Positions 50,596 to 63,382 of a stretch of 64,000 bases of DNA are shown piece after piece. A program made the position numbers and the translations under genes. The stretch covers positions 24,428,001 through 24,492,000 of the forward strand of contig NC_043000.1 in assembly GCF_006345805.1 (NCBI RefSeq). Reading direction: 5' to 3'. Below the pieces are notes generated by a model. That model was not told where the DNA came from. It did no database searches and saw only the letters and a list, made by a program, of their open reading frames with translations. Positions within the stretch are counted from its first letter, which is position 1. Each line of letters begins with the position of its first letter. Origin of the DNA: Octopus sinensis (Eukaryota).

Positions 50596-50894
50596 CTGCA
50601 ATGAAAATAAAAGAAAATGAATTATGATAGAGCTCAATGTGATTAAAGCATAAGGAAATGTAACGTAGCAGGAATGGATATATGGTTAAGAAAGTTTGCT
50701 TTGCAAACATGATTTTGGGTTCAATTCCACTGTGTGGAACCTTAGGTAAGTGTCTTCTACTTTAGCCCCACACCCTGTATATGAAAAATAATCCTACTGT
50801 ATTTTTATAATTAAATATCATTAAGAATTGAATAAAAAACTTTAAAAATTTTGTGCATTTTATATAGAAGTATAAGCAATTGATTGCACATAGA

Positions 50895-51480
50895 TCATCA
50901 TCATCATCAGCATCGTTGTTTAACATCCGTTTTCCATGCTGGCATGGGTTGGATGGTTTGACTGAGGACTGGCGAGCCAGAAAGCTGTACCAGGCTCTAA
51001 TCTGATCTGCAAAGTTTCTACAGATGGATGCCCTTCTTAATGCCAACCACTAGAGTGTAGCGGGTGCTTTTACGTGCCATCAGCATGGGAGCCAGTCTGG
51101 TGGCACTGGTAATGACCACACTCGAATGTTGTTTTTCACATGTCACCAGCACATGTGCAAGTAAGGTGACGCTGGCAACGATCCCACTCGAATGGTGCCT
51201 TTTATGTTCCACTGGCACAGGAGCCAATCAGTGGCCCTGGCAACGATCATACTCAGATGGTGCTTTTCACATTCCACTGCACAAGTGCCAATCAGGCAGT
51301 ACTGTCAATGGTCATGTCAGCGATTTTGATTTTGATTTCATTTGCCTCAACAGGTCTTTGCAAGCAAAGTTTATTGTCCAGTGAATGAGGAGTAATCATA
51401 AATGGGATGCTTACACCCACTAGCATAGGCCACAGGTTATGGTCCCATTTGGCTTGTCGGGTCTTCTCAAGCACAGCAAA
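50895..51480 (-). mobile_element. RTE 3' tail copy (longer)
   Basis: Extends to GGTCTTCTCAAGCACAGC, shared with 58570. Confidence 0.85.
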
Positions 51481-53044
51481 ATCTTATCTGGACCCCAGGT
51501 GAGAACTATTGGATTAAACCATTTAAGAAAGTGCCTCAGCATGGCTATGATTCAATGGATGAAACAAATAATAGATAAAGATTAATGGTGGTGGCACAAC
51601 AAAGACTGGTCATATTGGTTGAAGATAAGTCTTATATTCTTCCTGATTTTGCTATGGAGTTCTGATTTAATTTCCAGAATTTAGTGATTTATTTATTTTT
51701 TTTGTTGTTGCTTAAAAACACTAAAAGTAGGGAAAAACAAACCCCTTTAAATATTGAGGTCAACAGATGTAATAAATCAAAACGTTGGTGTCTTACCCCT
51801 ACACTACCCCATTACCACCCCCACCAACCAGAAGGGGTTCAGTCAGCCCTTGATACAGAAGCTTCACACAGGTATAAGGAATCACAATCAGGCTCTTAGA
51901 ACTTAGTAAGCAGATTGAAAATTGTTATCACACCACATGTGATGTTATCTCTTGAAAGCAACAGAACAAGAGAACTGGGAGACAGTGGGGGGTGGGGGTG
52001 GGGGAGAGAAAACAAAACGAAACAAAATATAAACAAAAGAGGGGGAGAAAAAGAAAACAAAAAGGGTTAGTAGTGAAGAAAGTATTACAAATAGAGGATA
52101 TTCTTACTGACTAATTGAGAAAATAAAACAGATATGAAAGAAGATGGGTATAATGAGGAAGAGAAAGAGGAGGATTATGATGGCGGTGGTGGTGGTGGTG
52201 ATGGTGGTGGCTATATGGAAAGAAATATAGTCATGTGTATGTATTTATGAAATAGTATAAGAGAGAGAAGGGGGAGTGGAAGGAGAGATTAATAATATAT
52301 TCTGCTGGAGGCCTATTCAGAAGGTGACGAAATATACATTTAAATGCTGGAGATGCCAATGATAGACTGTTGTATAGGCCAGACATAATTTATTGAATAT
52401 CCGATTGAGTATTGGAGAAAGGAAATACAAAGACAATAATTGAATATTAGTTGAGTAACAACAAAGTGCTGGTTGAATGATATAAAAGCTGGAATTAGGA
52501 ATATAAAAGTACTGAATTCTCTTTTGCTTACAGTCTCATGCTGGAACGGTTTTGAATAATAAAACTGCATCAGAAGATGAAGAAATTGATCGAGGACCAA
52601 GATGTTGATATTAGATTACCTTGAGCCGAAAACCTGTGTGGTCAGTTACCAACTTGATTAATATAAACCTGAATCTTCATGCAAGCAAGTTGCTGCTGTT
52701 ATTACTGGTGGATGGTCACAGATTCTGGTATTTAAATTAAACACTGGGATTGCAGGCATATTAGAAAGTTTGATGCTCAAAGTAAGAGAGCTTATTAACT
52801 TTTAACAAAATCTAATATACCAGGTGTAAAAATGTAGATATTGTGTAAGCTATAAAAGTCTCCTTCTGGCCTTTTGCAATGGAATTCTTTACAAAGTTAA
52901 AATTCTGAGGTTGATTCAAACAATGCCAAAGTTGATTGAAATTTTGCAGTTGGCCAAGTTGTTAGAGTATAAGTCTGCAGTTCAAGGAATTGATGGTTTG
53001 TTATAAAGATATGACCATATCTTTTCATCGTCCTCTTGAAAACA

Positions 53045-53490
53045 CATCATCATCATCATCGTTTAATATCCGTTTTCCATGCTGGCATGGGTTGGATGGT
53101 TTGACTGAGGTCTGGAGAGCCAGTGGCTGCACCAAGTTCCAATCTGATCTGGCAATCTTTCAACAGTTGGATGCTCTTCCTAATTCCAACCACTCCAAGA
53201 GTGTACTGGGTGCTTTTTACGTGCAACTGGCACCAGAGTCAATCAGGCGGACCTGGCATCGACCACGTACAGATGGTGCTTTTTATGTGCCACTGGCATG
53301 GGAGCCAGTCGACCGGGCCTAGCATCGATCATGTTCAAATGGTGCTTGTATGCGCCACCAGCATGGGAGCCAGTCAGGCGGACCTGACATTGACCACATA
53401 CAGATGGTGCTTTTTACATGCCACTGGCATGGGAGCCAGTCAGGGGGCACTGGCCACAGCTACAATATTGGTTTTACTTGACTCAAGTTT
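53045..53490 (-). mobile_element. RTE 3' tail copy
   Basis: Matches family. Confidence 0.85.
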
Positions 53491-53764
53491 ATTCATTATA
53501 CCCATCTAAAGCCACTTCCATCAGTAGAAGTGTGTGGCCTAAAGGTCAAGGTTTTTGGCTCATGATTAGAAGACCAAATCCTGGTCTTGGCAGTGCACTG
53601 TGTCCTTAAACAAAACACACACTTCATGCTGCTCCAGTTTACACAGCTGTAAATGAATACCAACTGGAAACTGATGCAGCCACCTCTCCGTCCAGCTGTC
53701 AGACTCTAGATGTGTTGCTTGATTAAGGGTGAAGGGGCCTGAGAGGGTGTTTATGTCTGCTCAC

Positions 53765-53837
53765 CTTTATAGGCACCGAAAACAATTATTGAAAGTATGG
53801 TAATGGTTGTGCTCTTCAATGGATTTAAATGCAAGGG
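53765..53837 (-). CDS. Candidate exon of minus-strand gene 2 (PLHLNPLKSTTITILSIIVFGAYK-G)
   Basis: Donor AAG|GTGAGC, weak CAG acceptor, 73 nt, phase 0 to 1; encodes a hydrophobic stretch. Confidence 0.3.
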
Positions 53838-53879
53838 CTGCAGACTGGAGCTTCAATGCAACTTTTGTTTTTGGGACAC

Positions 53880-54065
53880 TGTGCCAGTGGCACGTAAAAG
53901 CACCCACTACACTCTCGGAGTGGTTGGCATTAGGATGGGCATTCAGCTGTAGAAACTCTGGAAGATCAAGATTGGAGCCTGGTGCAGCCATCTGGTTCGC
54001 CAGTCCTCAGTCAAATCGTCCAACCTATGCTAGCATGGAAAGCGGATGTTGATGATGATGATGAT
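53880..54065 (+). mobile_element. RTE 3' tail copy; others near 11990-12125, 14960-15130, 20710-20860, 30985-31100, 54490-54680, 57340-57550
   Basis: Ends CATGGAAAGCGGATGTTGATGATG. Confidence 0.85.
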
Positions 54066-54149
54066 GTCAGTTCCAAACACTCTTTATATCTTTTCTCTGT
54101 TTGGGGAGCCGCATAGATAGCAGGGCAACTAAAACTGGAATTGTTTCCA

Positions 54150-54477
54150 CTCCGACCCTTTGGCATGCCATTAGTTACAACAGTGACTGTTCCAGTTGAT
54201 CTGATCAATGGAACAGCCTGTTCCTGAAATTAACATGCAAGTGGCTGAGCATTCCACAGACACGTGTACCCTTAATGTAGTTCTCAAGGATATTCAGCAT
54301 GACACGCAATGTGACAAGGCTGGCTCTTTGAAATACAGAAACAACTAATTTTTACTAGCTGAGTGGACTGGAATGTAAAAGTGTCTTGCTCAAGGACACA
54401 ACATGTATTTGAAAATCAAACTAATGAGTATACAATTGTAAGCTGAATATCCAAACGGTTAAAGCATGTGCCTTCAT
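54150..54477 (-). mobile_element. SINE family C
   Basis: Colinear with 29080-29407. Confidence 0.75.
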
Positions 54478-56231
54478 TTTCCGCTCGTGATACCAGTGCC
54501 GGTGGCATGTAAAAAGCACCCACTACACTCATGGAGTGGTTGATGTTAGGAAGGGCATCCAGCTGTAGAAACACTGCCAGATCAGACTGGGCCTGGTGCA
54601 GCCTCCATGGCTTCCAGACCCCAGTCGAACCGTCCAACCCATGCTAGCATGGAAAGTAGACATTAAACGATGATAATGATGTAATCATTAAATGTGGAGG
54701 ACTGTTGACATCTACAACCTGACCTGTGATCTTCAGGACCAACTGGTGCTTCAGATGGTCTGCAAGAGACAACAGTATCACATAGTAGAGAAATGGCATA
54801 ATTGACACCTCAAGTGATTCAGGAAAGCACGAAACTTGTAAATGACGGTTGGCTGAAGTAATAAGGATAGCAAATCAATACAAATTAGCTGAGAGAAGTG
54901 TCAAGTGTAGTATAAATAAAATGTGAAGGACTCAATACATGTCCTGTGTGTTATAAGTAGTTATTATATCACATGCATTTTAGTTATTTCACTTCATTTG
55001 TTCAACAAATTAACTCCATAATTTGTTGCTTATGGAGTTTGACAGTTTGACATCTATTTTCTGCCAACACAAAAAACGACGAGGCTAAGGAATGGATATT
55101 TTTGTTAGGTTGTTGATAACCTCAGAGTTAAAAATATTATGATGTGTGAAAATAATAATAATACAAAACAAAGGTTATTAAAACTGAAGAAAAACATCAA
55201 GAGTGGAAGAAAAACATAGAAGCAAAAGAAAAAAAGGATTTAACAAAACCTAGATTCCTAAGTATTTTTCTCAGAAGAGCAAAAAAAAATAAAGAATATA
55301 ATGACCTATATCCACTCACCAAAGGAAAGAGCTTTCCTTGTTCTATGCAGACTCGTTAATTATAATGGCAATATTTTCTATGATTGTTTTGTTTTGTTAC
55401 AAGTGACCTAATCTAGAAGAATTAGAAAACAAAACTAAATTCAGGTTCAGAATTCATTCTTAGCATGCCTATCACTTCCCTTTCCATTTGTCTTTGCTAG
55501 AAAATGCAGCCAAAATTTCCCTAAAATCACATCTAGGCATCTTGAGAAGAAAGGAAAAAAAGAGACACAATTAGGATAATGGTTTGGGAAACACCATCAG
55601 AAAATAAGATGAGATGATCATGGTTGGTGAGCTTGGATCATAGCTCTACCCAATAAGGGTCACCCCAGGGTTAAACAAATTTATGGCATATTTGTACAAG
55701 ATTTGAGACAAACTTCATGATCTCAGTTTTGTGTGTGTTTGTGTGTATAGATAGATAGACAGACAGACAGATAGATCCACCTGCATGAGGAAAACCTTGA
55801 ACAAAGCTAGAATAGGAATGTCTACGTCTACCTTGGATGAATATACACTGCAACTGATTTAAATTGAAATCAACTAAATGCACATGATTGTTACATCAAA
55901 AGACAACCCTAGGGCACTTATCCAGCAGAAAGATGTCAGATTCAAATTTGATGAGAATATAATGCTTTAATAAATAAATATTTGAAGATGTATAATCGTC
56001 CATTCTCTTGATTATATACTCTGTGTGCTGTATGAAATCCAATGAAGCAAACTCAGATTTACCTGTTGTATGAAGTACCATAAAATTGTTTATTTTAAAT
56101 GATTCTGTATATTCCCTATCATTCAATGTAGTTAACCAGATCTGGATTGTATCAGTGCTAATAAGATACTTGCCCAGATTTCAAATCCCTATTCCTTTAC
56201 GTTTTATATATATATATATATATATAAATAT

Positions 56232-56265
<34 letters not shown>

Positions 56266-57047
56266 ATATATATATATATATCAATGACACGCGCACACAC
56301 ACATCTACACTTATCTTCAGGTTTCTTCTCAGCGGGAGAAAAAATATTTCAGTATCCTTATATGCTAATTTGCATCTTGACGAACTTTATCAACACCTGC
56401 AACAGTTAATATTTTAATCTAGCTATCATTCTAAAAGATATGCAAAAGAAAAAAAAATTATGCAGCAAATACATAAATAATATCTAAAATAAAAGAAAAA
56501 AAAGAGAAAGGAAAAGGGGTTTAATAAGTAAAGAGATTTAGGGTCTTTTTAAAAAGAAGACAAAAATAGAACGTAAACGAGAACTGGGAATTAGGGAATA
56601 CAGGGATTAATTAGTCTTCAGTTTTATCGCCTATTTTTGTCTCACTCCAACAGCTGAGGACTCTGAGGCCTTTCAAGGATAAAAAAGAAGAGGCAAAAAA
56701 AGGTAAAAAGCTCCTGAGTAAACAGATGTCTCTTAAAACCTTCAGATTAACAGAATCTGATTGAAGCAAAGAGGGAAAAAATATTCTTCAACTTTGCTTC
56801 ATTATGATATTACTGAAAGAGGCAATTTATAATATACATATATTCCTTTTCCTTTTAATTCCTCACACCTTCACTTATCATTATTGTTATTATTATTATA
56901 ATTATTATTATTCTGAGGTGACTTTGCCTTTCATCCTTTTGGGGTTGATAAAATGAGAGCTAGTTGTGCATTAGAAGTTCATACAATTAACTAACCCCAC
57001 CCCCCAATTTCAGGCCTTGTGTCTATAATAGGCATTATCATTAATTA

Positions 57048-57265
57048 TTAAGGTGGTGTGCTGGTACAATCATTAACACATGGAGCAAAATGCTTAGTAG
57101 TATTTCGTTTGCCTTTATGTTGTGGGTTCAAATTCCACCAAGGACAACTTTGCCTTTCATCCTTTCGGGGTTGATAAAATAAGAACCAATTGAGCACCGG
57201 GGTTGCCATAATCGACTTACTCCCTACCCTGAAACTTCTGGCCTTGTGGCAAAATCTGAAACCAT
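57048..57265 (+). mobile_element. SINE family B (a partial copy lies just upstream at 56905-57040)
   Basis: Core CTTTGCCTTTCATCCTTTCGGGGTTGATAAAAT. Confidence 0.8.
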
Positions 57266-57807
57266 TATTACTATTTATATACTTATAAAAGAGTGGTGGT
57301 CCTTGCATATAGGTTCATCCCCTGCAACCCTCTATGGCTGAGTATCTCTAATTTTGCAGGCTCGCTGGTGCTGCATAAAAGCACTTAGTAGTCTGTAAAG
57401 TGGTTGGTGTTAGGAAAAGCATCCAGCTGTAGAAACCATGCCAAAACAGACACGAAGCCTGGGCAGCTCTTCAGCTGGTCAGCTCTGGTCAAACTGTCCA
57501 ACCCATACCAGCATGGGAAATGGACATTAAATAACGATGATGATGATTAGTTATTTGGTGCAAACATAAACGAATATCTATTTGAGCAATTCTTATTCTT
57601 TTATTCTTTTATTTCTTTCAGTCATTTGACTGCGGCCTTGCTGGAGCACAGCCTATAGTCGAGCAAATCAACCCCAGGACTTATTCTTTGTAAGCCTGGT
57701 ACTATCAGTCTCTTTTGCCAGACTGCTAAGTTATGGGACACACCAGTATCGGTTGTCAGACAATGTTGGGAGGGACAAACAGACACACAAACATATACAC
57801 ACATACC

Positions 57808-58020
57808 ATTGCCTACAGGGGGCTAAACATAGAGGGGACAGACAAATGGATTAAGTTAATTACATCGAACACAGTGCGTAATTGGTACTTATTTAATCGA
57901 CCTTGAAAGGATGAAAGGCAAAGTCAACCTCGGCGGAATTTGAACTTAGAATGTAATGGCAGACGAAATACCGCTAAGCATTTTGCCCAGTGTGCTAATG
58001 ATTCTGCCAACTTACCACCT
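57808..58020 (-). mobile_element. SINE family B nested in SINE A
   Basis: Matches other copies. Confidence 0.85.
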
Positions 58021-58062
58021 ATATACTTATATATATATATACAATAGGCTTCTTTCAGTTTC

Positions 58063-59148
58063 ATCATCACCGTTTAATGTCCGTTTTCCACACTAGCACG
58101 GGTTGGACGGTTCGACTGGGGTCTGGGAAGCCAGGGGATGCACCAGGCTCCAGTCTGATCTGGCAGTGTTTCCACAGCTGGATGCCCTTCCCAATGCCAA
58201 CCACTCCACGAGTGTAGGGGGTGCTTTTTACGTGCCACCGGCACAGGTGCCAGGGGAGTCTGGCATCGGCCACGATCGGTTGGTGCTTTAACGTACCACC
58301 GGCATGGAAGCCAGCCAAGGCGGCGCTGGCATCGGCCACGTTCGGATGGTGCTTTTTATGTGCCACCGGCACAGAATCCAGTTGAGGCGGCGCTGGCATC
58401 GGCCACGTTCGGATGGTGCTTTTTATGTGCCACCAGCACAGAAGCCAGTCGAGGCGGCGCTGGCAATGTCCACGTTCGGATGGTGCTTTTTATGTGCCAC
58501 CGGCACAGGTATCACAACTACTATTTTCCATTGATATTTATTTCGATGTTCATGTACTTGACTCAACAGGTCTCCTCAAGCACAGCGGGACGTTCTGGGA
58601 TCCAGGGTACTTTGAATGGGCAGGGGCTATGCGGAACTGATGCAGGAAGCAGCCCGGGTCTTTGCAGTCACAGCATATCTCCAGAGATCTCGGTCCTTCG
58701 CCATTGCCTCAGTGAGGCCCAACGCTCTGAGGTCATGCTTGACTACCTCATCCCATGTCTTCCTGGGTCTACCTCTCCCCCTGATACCTTCAACTGTTTG
58801 GGAGTGGCACTTCTTCACACATCTCTCCTCATCCATCCGCAGTACATGACCATACCATCGCAAGCGTTGCTCTTGCACACCATATCTGATGCTTCTTATG
58901 TCCAGCATTTCTCTCAGGGTGCTTACACTCTGTCGTGCGTGCACACTGACATTACACATCCAGAGGATCATGCTAGCTTCATTTCTTTCAAGTCTACGCA
59001 TGTCCTCTGCAGTCACGGCCCATGTTTCACTACCATGAAGCATGGCAGTTCACACACATGCATCATACAATCTACCTTTCACTCTGAGTGAGAGACCCTT
59101 TGTCGCCAGTAGGGGTAGGAGCTTTCTAAACTTTACCCAGGCTATTTC
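58063..59148 (-). mobile_element. 5'-truncated RTE-clade LINE: ORF2 C-terminus plus 3'UTR and (GAT)n tail
   Basis: Translation EIAWVKFRKLLPLL..LYDACV*TAMLHGSETW..RLRWYGHVLRM..GRGRPRKTW has the typical RTE C-terminal motifs; one in-frame stop; 3'UTR matches the many tail copies. Confidence 0.95.
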
Positions 59149-59875
59149 TGTCTTCCAAATCCACTCACAAGGCTTTAGTCAGCCCGAGGCTATGGTAGAA
59201 GATACTTAGCCCCAGGTGCCTCACAGTGGGACTGAACCTGGAACCATGTGGTTGATAAGCAAGCTACTTACCACACAGCCACTAAACCCTTTCATCAAAG
59301 CTGTTAATTACTTAGTTTCTTTGTAATAAGCATTTCAAATCATGACATGTAACAGAAAGGACTGAATTACACAGTTTAGGACTAAGGCCAAATGTTAAAG
59401 TGTACAAAGGTTAATTAAAATTACTAATTACAGAGTAAAATTTAATGCTTAGCGAGCCAGTGTTTGTAACAGTTTTGCTTCTTACTTTTAGCTTAGTGTA
59501 AAATATAACAACTACTGGATTTTTTTATTATTTCTCCCTCTTCTAAGGTCAATAGAGTTTACCACTGATTACAACAAGTCAAACAGAACAAACCTATCAA
59601 CATTTAATGTTTGATTGAAACAAAAACATAATGATTTATAAATTTCGTGTTTATAATGGCTTGGTAAGAGATAAAATATAAAACATGAAAGGAGAGCATG
59701 GAGGTTTGTATTTTATCTTAATTACAGGGAAATATAAAGCTATTTTGACTCTTGCTGTTGTTGTGGCTGGTTAGCTCAAATCATCCCTGATTGGGCAGAA
59801 TTGTGATGAAAGGTGTCCCAGCCATGGCTCGCTGTTTTAATATATCTAAAACTACTATGGTATAATGTGAATTTA

Positions 59876-60545
59876 GGTGCAGGCATGGTTGTATGGTAAA
59901 GATGTTTGCTTTGCAATCATGTGGTTTGAGGTTTAGTTCCACTGTGCAAAACCCTAAATAAGTGTCTTGAGTGGATATCATCATCATCATCGTTTAGTGT
60001 CCATTTTCCATGCTAGCATGGGTTGGACAGTTCGACCTGGGTCTGGGAAGCCAGGAGGCTGCACCAAGCTCCAATCTGATCTGGCAGGGTTTCTACAGCT
60101 GGATGCCCTTCCTAATGCCAACCACTCCATGAGTGTAGTGGGTGCTTTTTACGTGCCACTGGCACAGAGGCCAGGAAAGGCTGGCAATGGCCACGATTGG
60201 TTGGTGTTTTTTATGTGCCACTGGCATGGAAGCCAGTCAAGGCTGGCAACGGTCACAATCAGTTGGTGCTTTTTATGTGCCACTGGCATTGGCCATGTTC
60301 GGATGGTGCATTTTACGTGCCACCAGCACAGGTATCACAACTACATGGAAATTGTGTGAAAGCCCTTCATATATGTGTGTGTGTGTGTGTGTCTTTGTAT
60401 TTGCAATTATCCCCCACTAATACTTCACAACTGGTGTTGGTTTGTTTATGTCCTTGTTAGAAAAAAGACATACAGAGATCAATTTGTTTGGCTGTGCCTC
60501 AGTGTGGTCACAATCAAATGGCCGGAACAAGTGAAAGAGATAAAA
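59876..60545 (+). mobile_element. SINE family A interrupted by an RTE tail
   Basis: Head to 59976, RTE tail 59977-60344, remainder from 60345. Confidence 0.75.
59977..60344 (-). mobile_element. RTE 3' tail copy inside SINE A
   Basis: Matches the 58063 3'UTR through CACAACTAC. Confidence 0.9.
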
Positions 60546-60845
60546 GAGATGGAAGAGTCCTTTTTTTAAAATTCTAATGATGGAAGAGCCTTTTTTGCTC
60601 TTCCCAAGAAAGCAGTGAATCCAAATAAAAACTGATTTGAATTGTGACAACCCATCCAAACCATATCAGAATGGAAAGGAGACAACACTGTGATGATGAG
60701 GATGGTATGAGTACAGTTTGAGGGAGATTTAATGATGCTATTTCTAGCAGATTGAAGGGGTGCATAGAGCAGTAGTTCTCAACCTGTTTAATATCTAGGC
60801 CAGATTCAAAACCTGGCCACACCAAAAAAAAAAAATAAAACAAAA

Positions 60846-61256
60846 GGCGTAGGCGTGGCTGTGTGGTAAGTAGCTTGCTTACGAACCACATGGTTCCGGG
60901 TTCAGTCCCACTGCGTGGCACCTTGGGCAAGTGTCTTCTATTATAGCCTTGGGCCGACCAATGCCTTGTGAGTGGATTTGGTAGACGGAAACTGAAAGAA
61001 GCCCATCGTATATATGTATATATATATGTGTGTGTGTGTGTGTATATGTTTGTGTGTTTGTCCCCCCCCCAACATCTCTTGACAACCGATGCTGGTGTGT
61101 TTACGTCCCGTAACTTAGCGGTTTGGCAAAAGTGACCGATAGAATAAGTACTAGGCTTACAAAGAATTAGTCCTGGGGTCAATTTTCTCGACTAAAAAAA
61201 GCCGGTGGTCCAGCATGGCCGCAGTCAAATGACTGAAACAAGTAAAAGAGTAAAGA
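60846..61256 (+). mobile_element. SINE family A, full length, little diverged
   Basis: Closest to the in-window majority sequence. Confidence 0.9.
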
Positions 61257-61668
61257 AAAAATTATAATATTTATAGAGGGAAGACTACCGAGGGCCACCT
61301 TTAGGATGTTTGAAGGCTGCCAGAAGGATGTTTGAGGGCTGCATGCTGCCATAGAGGCTCCCTTGATAGTTAAAATAGTGATTTAGTTTATGAAAGATAG
61401 CAGAAACACCATACAGCTCCAATGTAACTGCAACTCTTCTCTAGTCTCTTGATGTTCAGTTTACAAAGAAAGAATGAAGAAGCGCAGATGAAGTTTTTTA
61501 CTGTCGTTTCTCTGACCTCACTTGTGCACCCTAGAGATGTGGAAAGGCCAAACTGAAGTGAACCTCAGGTCTTTGAGTACTGACACACAACAGTAATAAC
61601 TTCAGAAACAAAGAAGGTGGCGGGGGGACATGACTACATAATTTATGGCAAAGGGAAAAAGTAATGTG

Positions 61669-61669
<1 letters not shown>

Positions 61670-61760
<91 letters not shown>
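61670..61760. repeat. (TG)n microsatellite
   Basis: Directly visible. Confidence 0.95.
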
Positions 61761-61761
<1 letters not shown>

Positions 61762-61774
61762 ATCATCATCACCA

Positions 61775-62030
61775 GTGGAGGAAACAAGTAAAGGAAAGAG
61801 TGGGTGTTTTTGAAAACATGCATTTTACATGCAGAATTTTAGCAAAATGCTCAAAAACACACAGCCAATATAGTGACTGGAGGAAGCCTAGTCTGCAGTA
61901 TCTGCGGACGTGTATGTTTATCAAGGGCTGGGCTCATTAGTCACCAGCGGAGCCTCAAGTGTAAAATGTAAACTTGTCTCAGTGCACAATGTTCTTAATT
62001 GTCAGTGACGGTCTTCCTCGGACTTGAAAA
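61775..62030 (+). mobile_element. RTE-X-like LINE 3' fragment with C2H2 zinc finger
   Basis: WRKQVKERVGVFE then, after a frameshift, CSICGRVCLSRAGLISHQRS-stop. Confidence 0.7.
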
Positions 62031-62213
62031 GGCACACACACACACACAGACACACACACACACACACATACAGAGTAATTGATATTCTATTATTAGTAGA
62101 TATTAATATTTTTATTTTGGTTGAGTCACAGTCTTATGCTACCCTTAGTTTTGCCTGTGAGTGCACAAAGTCTTGTGTGTGTGTATATATATTAAGCATT
62201 GACCGATGATATG

Positions 62214-62264
<51 letters not shown>

Positions 62265-62524
62265 AGAGATAAGGTGTCATTGAGACCCAAAGGTATAAAC
62301 TTTGCGTATAAACTCTATATTTGGAAAGACCCATTTAAAACTCTGTTGGACTTTTGAACTTTACTCATAGGGTATTAGAATATTGCATGTATAAAATTAT
62401 GTCTAAAAAATGAATTTACAACTTCAATATCCCTACATATCTTGCATCTATTTTCTTTTCTCCACCTCATTCTCTATTTTGTATTTTATCTAAATCAACT
62501 ATTACTTAACCATCCTCTCACACC

Positions 62525-62576
62525 GTCTCCGATGAAGGGATATAAATAATAAATATCCTGGAAACAGCTGTAAGAC
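62525..62576 (+). ncRNA. Type I minimal hammerhead ribozyme motif in a Penelope-like remnant
   Basis: GTCT/AGAC stem I, CCGATGA core, 7-bp stem II, GAAA, palindromic ACAGCTGT stem III, GUA triplet. Confidence 0.55.
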
Positions 62577-62692
62577 TTTCTAGCTATAAATGTTCTAATA
62601 TCTACACAGCCTTGGTTTTTTATCTCATTGCGCAAAAAATTCTTATATATATAAGAAGTCACGACCATTTTAGGCAGTTACACTTATATATA

Positions 62693-62820
62693 TACAGCAG
62701 AACCTCGGTTTTCGTACAACTCTGATCACGAATAAATCATATTTTATCTCCTGTCTTTCTCATATTCATTTAATATAGTAGTACCTCAGTTTACGAACAC
62801 CTCTGATCATGAATAAATTG
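62693..62820 (+). mobile_element. Two direct copies of a pogo/Tigger-like terminal sequence
   Basis: TACAGCAGAACCTCGGTTTTCG and TATAGTAGTACCTCAGTTTACG, each followed by CTCTGATCAYGAATAAAT. Confidence 0.45.
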
Positions 62821-62839
62821 TGCTCTATATATATCTATA

Positions 62840-62890
<51 letters not shown>

Positions 62891-63382
62891 TATATAATAT
62901 ATATATATATGTTCTTAATTATTTTGTTTTAAAGCCAAAACAGGCAAGTTGTAGTAGCAATTATTAATACAGGTCAATGGTTTTGTACTCTAACCTGGTG
63001 TTTCAATATTCCAAGGTTAGAATTCTTTCATCAGGAAATCCTCGGAGAAAAGCTGTTGTTAACTGACACACACACACACACACACACACACTACAGAACC
63101 AGGGCTGAATTCTCCCGTGTTAAAATTATCATTATTATCGCTTTTAATAATGATAATAATGAAATTACTGAGTATAGTGCTCAGGTGCACTACAACTCAT
63201 CAAAGGTGCATGTACAGTGCATAGAATTATGTACAAAAGTCAGGAAAGCGAACAGTGTGTGAGTCACGATACACAAGTGTGAGTGTGTATGTATGTTGTT
63301 GTTTAGCCCCAAGCCAGCTCTGACAGAACAGATCTATGATGAAAGTGTTGCATCAATGATCATCCTAATCCCTTTGTCCATA

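Larger units (their letters stand above)
57596..59283 (-). mobile_element. SINE family A interrupted by SINE B and by the RTE LINE
   Basis: Tail 57596-57805, stub 58040-58062, head 59149-59283. Confidence 0.85.

Noticed and set aside
60846-60920. tRNA gene
   Set aside because: A and B boxes only; it is the head of SINE A and has no cloverleaf. The same applies to the other SINE heads
62986-63040. Minus-strand CTGATGA...GAAAC hammerhead
   Set aside because: Stem I is absent, and a competing TCTAACCT(T)GG/CCAGGTTAGA hairpin sequesters the GAAA
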